DNA of 19,635 nucleotides from Macrostomum lignano. Its lineage: Eukaryota. The position numbers were made by a program, and so were the translations under genes. Location: positions 1-19,635 of the forward strand of contig NIVC01005231.1 of the NCBI GenBank assembly GCA_002269645.1, in the 5' to 3' direction. Shown here in pieces: positions 1 to 7,812 of this stretch (positions within the stretch are counted from its first letter, which is position 1; every line of letters starts with the position of its first letter). Below the pieces are notes generated by a model. That model saw nothing but the letters and a program-made list of their open reading frames with translations, did not search any database and was not told the origin of the DNA.

Positions 1-295
1 ATCAATGTCACTCTATTGTATCAATGTCACTCTATCGACATCAATGTCACTCTATCGACAATGTCACTCTATCGTATCAATGTCACTCTATTGGTATCAA
101 TGTCACTCTATTGGTATCAATGTCACTCTATCGTATCAATGTCACTCTATCGGTATCAATGTCACTCTATCGATATCTCAATGTCACTCTATCGTATCAA
201 TGTCACTCTATCGGTATCAATGTCACTCTATCGGTATCAATGTCACTCTATTGGTATCAATGTCACTCTATCGGTATCAATGTCACTCTATAGTC
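1..295. repeat. Tandem minisatellite, 19-20 bp unit (GGTATCAATGTCACTCTATC), truncated by the window start
   Basis: CAATGTCACTCTAT recurs every 19-20 bp, about 15 times. The repetitive ORFs 5..586, 16..801 and 24..293 begin as translations of this repeat. Confidence 0.97.
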
Positions 296-334
296 AGCAA
301 TGTCAATCAACCCTCCCAATTCCTCCAAACCCAG

Positions 335-757
335 GCCATCAGCTCGCTGTCGGCCTCACTAGGCCTGCCCTGGCGGCCTTCGCCCAGTCTGCTGCGCCTA
401 CACGGCCTGTGCGGCCTGGCCATCCTGCTGCTGAACGGAGCCGGCCTGGCAGGCAGAATCACCCGCGCCACCGAGGAAATCTTCAACCTGTTCGTTGCCA
501 TCTTCTTCCTGCTGCGCCCGACTGTGCGCATGTTCGCCCAGCTGGCCGGCGAGTCCTGCGCCGCCTCCGCCGCCGCGCCTTCCTGACGCTGGCCACGGCG
601 CTGCTGGCGCTGCGAATTATGCGCTTTAAACGGGGCAATTATTTAGGGCGTCGAAACCCGGGACCTCATAGCCGGATTGAACGTGCCGCTGGCCATCGCA
701 GCGGTCACCCTGCTGTCGAATACTGCAATGCGGCATCACGAACTGGCCACGCTGCAG
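335..757 (+). CDS. SLC4-family (bicarbonate/anion transporter) exon, N-terminal part of the membrane domain, with 3 apparent frameshifts
   Basis: Pieces in changing frames match SLC4 motifs in order: GHQLAVGLTRPAL (cf. GQPLxxxGxxGP), ITRATEEIFNLFVAIFF (cf. TRFTEExFxxLISxIF), ALRIMRFKRGNYLGRR (cf. LRKFKNSxYFPxxxRR) and RDLIAGLNVPLAI (cf. RRVIGDFGVPISI). Acceptor ...aaacccag| ends at 334; donor cag|gtatgg starts at 758 (phase 0). Confidence 0.8.
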
Positions 758-861
758 GTATGGGTGTTTTATTGAGATGCTCCATTGTGCGGGGTATTTA
801 GCTTTAGCGCTGAGAGGTTAATTGGGACTATTTCACTCACATGGGATTTCAAATTATGGGT

Positions 862-1137
862 AAGAGAGAGAGAGAAAGAAAGGAGAGGAGAGGGGAGAGA
901 GAAGAAAGGAGAGGAGAGGAGAGGAGAGGAGAAGAGAAAGAGAGGAGGAGAGAGAAGAGAGGAGAGAAGAGAGGAGAGAGAGAAAGAGGAGAAAGAGAAG
1001 AGAGGAAAGAAAGGAGAGGAGAGGAGAGGAGAAGAGAGGAGAGAGAGTAGATGAGAGGAGAGAGGAGAGGAGAGGAGAGCAGAGGAGAGGAGAGGAAAGG
1101 AAAGGAGAAGAGTGAGATGAAAGGAGAGAAGGGAGAA
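862..1137 (+). repeat. Near-pure polypurine (GGAGA/GA)n low-complexity tract in the SLC4 intron
   Basis: About 275 bp of almost only A and G. It gives rise to the spurious R/E/G-rich and L/S/F-rich ORFs at 769-1314. Confidence 0.95.
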
Positions 1138-1297
1138 TGGATGACTAACCACCATGCAGGGGAATTTTCCCTTTCTCAGCTGACTCATTCCGGCACAAAT
1201 AAATCCCGCGTAAATCGCCATTCCAATTTCCGAGATCGCCCTCAGTTTTGCCGAACTGATCAAACCTAAAGAAGGCACCGGCATGGCACTCCCGCAG

Positions 1298-2065
1298 CTC
1301 AGCGGCAATCTCACTCAGCTGCTGTCGGCCTGTCGCCACGCCTGCCCAGCGCAGCCGACCTGGCCACCGTTGGCGCCTTCGGCCACCTCATCGCCCTGCT
1401 GATCGGCTGCTGCACCGCCGTGGTGCTGTTCACCGAGACCGGCCTGTGCGACAGCGGCCTGGAGCAGCGCCTGGCCAAGCCGGCTGGCCGTCACCTCAGC
1501 CTGGCTCTCATCGCGTCGCTGGCGCCGCCGCTGCACGGCCTGCTGGGCTGGCCGCTGCTGACAGGGGCCACCATCCGATCGCACACGCACGTCCGGGTGC
1601 TGACGCTGGCGGATCCGGCTAACCCGATTCCCGGCTGTCCGAGGCGCGTCCTTGGCGTGGCCGAGCAGCGGGTCAGCGGCCTGGCCGTGGGGCCCTGCTG
1701 GTGGCCTCGGTGCTGGCGGCCCGGCTGCTGCGCCTCATCCCGCTGGCCGCCATGGACGGCATGTTCCTCTGCATGGGCCTGGCCGCCCTGGCCGACCTGC
1801 AGCTGGCCGACCGGCTGTTCAACCTGCTGAAACTGAAGAAGAATCGCCAGCCGAAGCCCTACTTGGACGTGCCGAGCGCTGTGCTGCTGGCGTTCACGGC
1901 TCTGCAGCTGGCCCACGTGCTGCTGCTGCTCACGCTGAACTGCCTGGCCCAGTTTCTGCAGCTGGCCTACGCAGCCCTCGCCTTCCACTGGTCATTCTGG
2001 CCTTCGCCTTGCAGCGCCACCTGCTGCTACCGCGCTGGCGGCTCATCTCTAAACACCTGGCCAAG
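1298..2065 (+). CDS. SLC4-family exon, C-terminal half of the membrane domain, with 3 apparent -1 frameshifts (~1320, ~1691, ~1975)
   Basis: GHLIALLIGCCTAVVLFTETGL, GWPLLTGATIRSHTHVRVL (cf. ATTVRSVTHANAL), VLGVAEQRVSG (cf. VxEQRxSG), LLRLIPLAAMDGMFLCMGLAALADLQLADRL (cf. LxxIPLAVLFGIFLYMGVxSLxGIQLFDR), LAFTALQL and LPLVILAFALQRHLLLP. Acceptor cccgcag| ends at 1297; donor aag|gtaatt starts at 2066. Both are phase 0. Confidence 0.88.
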
Positions 2066-2079
2066 GTAATTGTGTACAG

Positions 2080-2191
2080 TGTTATACCTATTGCATGTTG
2101 GGCTGCTCTGATAGCGGGCCAAGCACGTAGGCTTTGGGTCAGGGCCATAAATATAAATACGGTATCTCATCATCTATACCATCTGCCCTTT
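2080..2191 (-). mobile_element. Possible polypurine tract plus short 3' LTR of the Gypsy remnant
   Basis: On the - strand, AAAGGGCAGA (2191-2182) is followed directly by TGGTATA...TATAACA (2181-2080), an imperfect TG..CA terminal inverted repeat, just after the integrase tail. No second LTR was found to confirm it. Confidence 0.3.
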
Positions 2192-2249
2192 AAAGTCATT
2201 GTTCCTTATTTACTCGACGAACAGAACTTTCGGCTGCCCCAGTCGGCTG

Positions 2250-2614
2250 CACTGAAACCGAACTGGTGGGATATTTTTTGTCGATCTGGCACTAACGCGA
2301 GGTCTCTCCTGTGGCCTTTGATCCTCAAGTCTCCGTCATTGTCCGTCTTGGTACATTCTCGATCCACCAGCTTGCTAGTCGCCTGGTGCAGATCATCGGC
2401 ATTCCATTAGTGCCGGCCGGATGCAGATACGAGTTCTCCGTAGTATTCGGCCACTAGTTAGCTTGATCAGGTATATGTAGTCGCGGTGTTTGCCTACCTC
2501 CACCACCACGCCCCTCCGTTGCCACAGCTTGGTTGTCGGGTCTTGTAGAACCACAGTCGAGCCAATTTTGATTCGGTCCAGACTTTTCTTGGACTTGTTG
2601 TACTGCTGCATCAC
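2250..2614 (-). mobile_element. Ty3/Gypsy-like (K02A2.6/Mag-type) integrase C-terminal remnant
   Basis: IKIGSTVVLQDPTTKLWQRRGVVVEVGKHRDYIYLIKLTSGRILRRTRICIRP fits the SH3-like integrase C-terminus (W..G.V...RxY.....GR.LRRNR.xLR). The downstream RVSARSTKNIPPVRF resembles the RxSxRxxxPPxRF tail. Confidence 0.72.
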
Positions 2615-2985
2615 TGTCTTGTGGTTTCAGATGCAGTCTGCTCCATCTGTTGAATTTTGCTGTACACTCGGGGTTAAAGCTTCGTCAATGAGCAGGGGGA
2701 TCCCTTGTCGGGTGTCCATACAGCATGCTGGAGGGAATGCGTCCATCGTATTGTACAAGAGCGTCAGAATGAAAAGCGTACATAAGAACGTACAGCGAAA
2801 TATTGTAGAAGGGCGCACGTACTGAACAGGGTAAAAACGCCACCTCCAAAACACTGAATAAAGTACATGCAAACAACACTAACAACAATTAGCCCAGCCA
2901 AGTCATCAAACTACTCTTTAGTCAACCCATTACTCTTAAAATTGAAATTGTAGCTGAAATTTCCTCCATTGTTTTTTTGACGTTT

Positions 2986-3190
2986 CTAAAATCGGTTTCT
3001 CTCCACGATGATGTTAACTTGTTTTAGGACGTGCTGTCTGATGTAATCCATGACGATCCCAGAGCTCTTGAATTGTTGACCCGTCAGAGGCAAATTCTTA
3101 TACATCGAGAAGGTCGCAGATGTAAATGCGTTTAACATGCAAGCCCTTCGAGCTGCCGTTTTCTTCTGTGTAACGTGTACGCTGTCTGCG
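2986..3190 (-). mobile_element. Ty3/Gypsy-like gag fragment
   Basis: RRACMLNAF...YKNL...IVMDYIRQHVLKQVNIIVERNRF resembles the N-terminal gag pattern of K02A2.6-like elements (A.LL...Y..L....L..H....N..xER..F). Recognised by eye only. Confidence 0.5.
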
Positions 3191-3269
3191 TCATCGCGTC
3201 GGATTTTGACTGGCATTGCGGCAGAAGGAGAGTAGGCCAAATACGACAGGTAGGGCTCTGGAGCGCGCG

Positions 3270-4127
3270 AGCAGCGACTGAGAGTGGGCACCAGAAGCGA
3301 GCCAATGGAGAGCGCAACGGGGAGCGGCGAGCTTCTCATTGAAGGAGCTGGTGAGAGCGCGCCCGGGGCAGAGATGTGCCACACCACTTGGGGGGGGGGG
3401 TCACCCGTGCAGATGACCACAGAGAAACCGCCGTTGGTGGTGCCCTCAGTGGCGGAGCCGTCGCAATAGATGCTGACGATGGCGGGGCGGGAGGAGGCAG
3501 AGCGGGTGTCAAGTGGTTCGCGCAACTATCGCTCCGGTGGCAAAGTGGCGAGCAGGTTGGAAGCGTGCCGCCTCTGGCCGAGCGGTGGTTGACCTGACCA
3601 GTCGCCATGTCGCTTGTGGTACAGAAAGAGCAAAGCAAAAACTGGCCTCGATGCGCAGCGCTTCAATCGGCGTTGAGCGATGATTCGGGAGCGGCGTTTT
3701 GCGAACGTTGGAGCTTCTCAAAAGTGGTGCCGTCTAGCCAAGGGTGACAGGCGGGGTCGGCGTACAGCATGATACTCCGTTGCATGGCGATAAAAGTGCG
3801 CTTGAGGGCGTCTTTCTGCCATTCCCAATCGCGCGCGGCGAGGCAGACCAGCATGCGATTGCGCGAATGCACCTTCCTGCAAACTCCTTCCGTGTGCGTG
3901 CTGAAGGTGAGGATCCGATCGTAAGTAAGGCCGAGCAGCCGCGGCGTGAGATTGCGCTTGAGTGGGGCTTGGCCGAGGCTAAGACGCGGGGACCATTTTG
4001 CCTTCACCGGGTAGATGGAGAAAAAGGCAGCCTCGCTCTTGGTAGGATTAAGGGCGAGCTTGCGGGAGGCGCACCACTCGGTCACGGCGTCGAGGCCAGC
4101 CTGGACCTCGGCTTCTGCGATCCGCTT
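3270..4127 (-). mobile_element. Degenerate, 5'-truncated non-LTR retrotransposon fragment (I/Ingi-like): RT C-terminus/thumb plus RNase H
   Basis: VQAGLDAVTEWCASRKLALNPTKSEAAFFS, PRLLGLTYDRILTF, LKRTFIAMQRSIMLYADPACHPWL...KLQRSQNAA, STPIEALRIEA, then RNase H IYCDGSATEGTTNGG. Several frameshifts and internal deletions. Confidence 0.85.
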
Positions 4128-5655
4128 CGCAGCCATATGGCGTGATTTCTTTTTGGTACACTCGAACTAAAACACTAACTCTAAGGGTCAGGAGGCACAC
4201 AAAATCCGCTCACTAAGAAGTGGGGCGACTACAAGATAAAACTAGAAGAGTGGGGAAATAAATGTACAGTGGAATGGACGGAGGGGCTAGCGTATGTACT
4301 TTGAGATAGAGCTAAACTATTCAAAGTCTATTGTACCCTTTGTAAGGGTTGCACAAATCAGAGTACATGTAATTCTCGTTGAGAGTACCTCATCACGGAA
4401 ATCTTTGTTAAAACGAGGTGCCGTAAAAACTTAGCGTAGATCAGTTCCGAAAAACTCCGCCGCACACTTAAACACTTGAAATTGGTGTTGCGTGCGTCCT
4501 ATGGGCTTGCGATCACGCTCTAGAGGGAATTGACAAGCAATGTTTTTGCTTCATTAGTACAATTTCTTGGAAGGGGTTTCACAAATCAGGGAACACTCTT
4601 TGAATTTGAATGTTCCTCTTCACGGAAATCGTTGTTAAAACGAGGTGCCGTAAAAACGGGTACATATCTGTTCGGAAGAACTCTGCCGCTGTATTATTGT
4701 TTTATTTAATCGAAAGAATTTAAATATTTACAGGTGATAAAAATAAGGAAATCTAAAAAATGCGTGCTGGATTTTTAAGAGCCTGTTAAAGGCAAAAAGA
4801 GGCTATTGAGTAAAAAATGAAATCAAACGCCAGAGCGCATGTTCAGATAAAATTTTATAGGTAGTATATCATTGGTATAAAAACAGCCAGGGGTATTTGT
4901 AAAAGCTGTCAAAGAATACAAATAGTTTGAATAAAGTAAATTTTCACAGGGAGATTACAGATCATACAAGGGTCCTATCATCCGATCTCTCTGGCTCAGG
5001 CAGCATAAATAGTCTTTTTAATGCATTTCAGCGCGTGCTCACTTCGGGTCTGGGAGACTGTCGACCAGCCTAACCTTGGATTAGGAATCCCCTGTTTCTT
5101 TCCCGAAGCCTTATGGCATCCTACAGAGCAGAGGGTCGCCTCTGAGATCTCGAAAGGCACGTCAGGTGTGACAAATGTGATGACTGGCTGCTGCTGGACT
5201 CTGTCGGGCCCTGTATGGGTTATCCAGCGGTCGGGCTCTGGATGGATGTTCAAGCAGCTTTTCCTCACGCAGCGCGCCGCCCAGGAAGACATTGTAGTCT
5301 TGCCCCGACGCCGGCAATACGAGGTAGGCCGGCTGATTCGCCATCTGCGCAGTGTTGACGCCGCGGCTTCACCAGCAAAAAATTTGCCTGTACGAGCAGC
5401 CAGACAATATAGGGCACCAGCTTGTTGGCCGCGACCTGTTACACTTTGAAAACCACCGGCGGGATGGCAGCCTGAGGCCTGCATTCGATTTAGATATTGA
5501 AAGAATATTGAAATAAAAGTTTAAATAAATAAAACTATTTTTCAATATTTGGAATTTCTTTGCATACATTTGGAGTTTGAAAAAGTAGACAAATACTGCA
5601 CACAGAAGGGGTCTGATAAAAATGAGGAAATCTAAACAAATACGTGCTGGATACA
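4128..5655 (-). mobile_element. Mosaic of diverged fragments of the AlkB-LINE family (5'UTR+ATG 4128-4406; mini unit 4407-4630; 3'UTR 4631-5150; ORF1 middle 5160-5484; 3'UTR piece 5485-5655)
   Basis: Clear block similarity: 4128-4406 to 6876-7170, 4631-5150 to 7171-7830, 5160-5484 to 11570-11880 (MANQPAYLVLPASGQDYNVFLGGALREEKLLEHP), and 5485-5655 to 7280-7450. Confidence 0.85.
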
Positions 5656-5663
5656 ATTGTATG

Positions 5664-6884
5664 AGTCTCGCGTCGCCTGCTGCCCCCGAGGCCTGTCATC
5701 GTCCTTGCCGCCTTGGTCGTCGCCGAAGGGACCACCGTTAAGCGGCTGGCTGTAGGTCGGGTCATCCGGCAGAGCCCGCTTGCGCCACAGCTCCGGCTTG
5801 GTGACGCGGAAGGTTAGCGAGATGCAAACACCATTCTGAGAGTGGGCGGCGGGCGCCTGGTGCTGCAGGCGCTTCTGGCAGTTTCCTGCCATCAGAATCA
5901 GCGAGCCTGGCAGCGTTGGAAAGCGGTGCGTCACGTTGCCGTCCCGACGGCGCAGCATAAACAGCCGCTCAGCGCCGAAGGACACGTTTGCGATCGTCGG
6001 CCCGTCGCCGAGCTCGTCCTCATCATCCGAGTGCCAGGGAATCCGGTCTCCCGGCTCGGTGTAGAAGTTCACCAACACGGAGTTGAACTTCGGGACATCG
6101 AACTGGGTATCATGGTAAATGAAGTCACGAATGTCTTCAATTACCTGATGCCAGTCTAGATTTTCCTTCAGCTCAACCCCGCTGTAGGTGTACGACGGGC
6201 CGATCCAGTAGACGCGGCGCTGCTCACTCGGACGATGCTGAAAGGCCAGAGGCAGCAGGTCGGTGATCAGGCGCTCGTAGACTTGGTCCGCGACCTCGCT
6301 CAGGAACTTGGGCGCATAGATGATGGTGCTGTCGCTGGCGTAGATCGTCTGCTGACAGTCAGTCAAGTCAGGCTCATCAGGGAAGATGATTTGACTGATG
6401 TCAGCGTCCAGTTGCTCGGCAGCGGCTTTGGCAGCGTCGAGGCCTGGTCTGCAACCGATTGCTGGCGCTCCTCAGACGTCGGCGCTGCCGCTGCCGCACT
6501 GAGCTCGCTGGACTCGGCAGTTGGTGGCTCGGTGGTTGCTGCGGCCTCGTTGGATGGCAGGGCGCTTGTCTGGCTTGGCTCGTCGCAGTCGAGAGACATG
6601 CGCTGCTCTGCCTCTGCGCCTGCAGCCTCCGGCAGCTGCTCATTCTCTCGCAGGATCTCCTCTGCGTTGCGCAAGAGCTCGCCGGCCGGTGGGCTGATCG
6701 AGTGGCGGCCTTCCAGACTGCGTCGAGCTCGCATCTGGCCTGCTGGCGGCGGGCTCGCGGTCGATGGCTCAGCTGTCGGCGTCAGTCCAAGAAGCTGGCG
6801 ACCGTAGGCTTCGTTCGGACGATACCGGTGCTCAAGAGAGGGCCGGCAGTCCATCTTTTTAGCGCTGGCGCGATTTGCAGCCAT
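5664..6884 (-). pseudogene. Truncated ORF1 copy with a complete AlkB-like domain (~5800-6330); 1-bp frameshift at ~6423; first 2OG-binding Arg changed to Cys
   Basis: ORFs 6363..6884 and 5632..6366 are the two frames of the same protein as 13347-12080. The motif reads WHSDDE...LQHQ...CISLTFR, versus RISLTFR in the full-length copy. Confidence 0.85.
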
Positions 6885-7170
6885 ATGGCGTGATTATTTG
6901 GGTGCACTCACACTAAACTAAACTAGACAACTACTAATGAGTCAGGAGGCACACAAAGTGCGCTCGCTGAGAGGGGTGGGGCGACTGCAAGATAAGACTA
7001 GGGGTGGGGTAGAGATAAAAACAAATGTACAGTGGAATGGAAGGCTAACTAAAGTACTTTAAGAGCTAAGCTAGGCTAGTCTAAACTATTCAACTTCTAA
7101 TAAGCCTTTCTAGGAAAGGCCTGCAAAAACTAGAGAATTCTCCTAAGAGTATCCCTCCACGGAAATCTTT
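5664..7170 (-). mobile_element. Second, 3'-truncated tandem copy of the AlkB-LINE (5'UTR plus N-terminal half of ORF1)
   Basis: Colinear with 12080-13634. About 98-99% identical over most of 6030-7170 and more diverged below 6030. Confidence 0.93.
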
Positions 7171-7225
7171 GTTGTTGTTAAAACGAGGTGCCGTCGAAAC
7201 CGGCGCGGGTCAGTTCCGAAGAACT
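7171..7225 (-). other. LINE 3' terminus: AGUUC-UUCG-GAACU stem-loop (7225-7212) followed by an (AAC)3 tail (7179-7171)
   Basis: Perfect 5-bp stem closing a cUUCGg loop, ~32 nt before the tail. Variants occur at ~4443-4456 and ~4669-4682. Confidence 0.65.
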
Positions 7226-7812
7226 CTGCCGCAGTTATATTTTGTATTTGATCGAAAGAATTAAAAATATTTACAAGATTTCGATTTGAATATTTAATAC
7301 GAATATTGAAATTAAAAATATACATATATAAAACTATTTTTCAATATTTTGCAGAATTTTGCACGCATTTGGGGATAAAAAAGAGGGGAGGGAATCCCAC
7401 ACAAAGAAGGGATCTAATAAAAACAGGACATCTAAAAAATACGTGCTAGATATTTGAAGGCCTATTGAGAATAAAAGCAAGACATTTAAGTAAAAAATAG
7501 AGATTAAAAATGCAATAGCGCATATTTGAATTTAGTTGTAAAAATAGAATGAATATAGTAAAGGTGTAAAAAAGCAATTAGTGATATTTGTAGAGCAGTT
7601 GGGTAAAAAACACAGTTGGGAAAATTGTAAAAAGAAACGCGAGGAGACATAGAGATTACCTAATCAGTCCTAATGACTGATCAACCGATCTCTGTCTCAG
7701 GCAGCAAGTTTAGTTTTATTAGTTGCGTTTCAGAGCGTGGTCACTTCCGGTTTGGAAGGCTGGTAGCCAGCCTAACCCTGGGGTGGGATTCCCCTGTTTC
7801 TTTCCCGACGCC

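Noticed and set aside
1-295. Regularly spaced repeats as a CRISPR array
   Set aside because: Units are contiguous with no unique spacers, no cas genes are present and the context is eukaryotic. The same applies to 15285-16001 and 16520-16920.
769-1314. ORFs rich in R/E/G or L/S/F
   Set aside because: They are translations of the polypurine tract inside an intron with canonical donor and acceptor.
2627-2888. ORFs as a host exon or Gypsy gag continuation
   Set aside because: Only a vague resemblance to gag and no motif I can defend; left unannotated.
5632-6366. A stand-alone host ALKBH2/ALKBH3 gene
   Set aside because: It is intronless, shares its N-terminus and 5'UTR with LINE ORF1, is duplicated within the array, and its C-terminus runs into unrelated UTR sequence.
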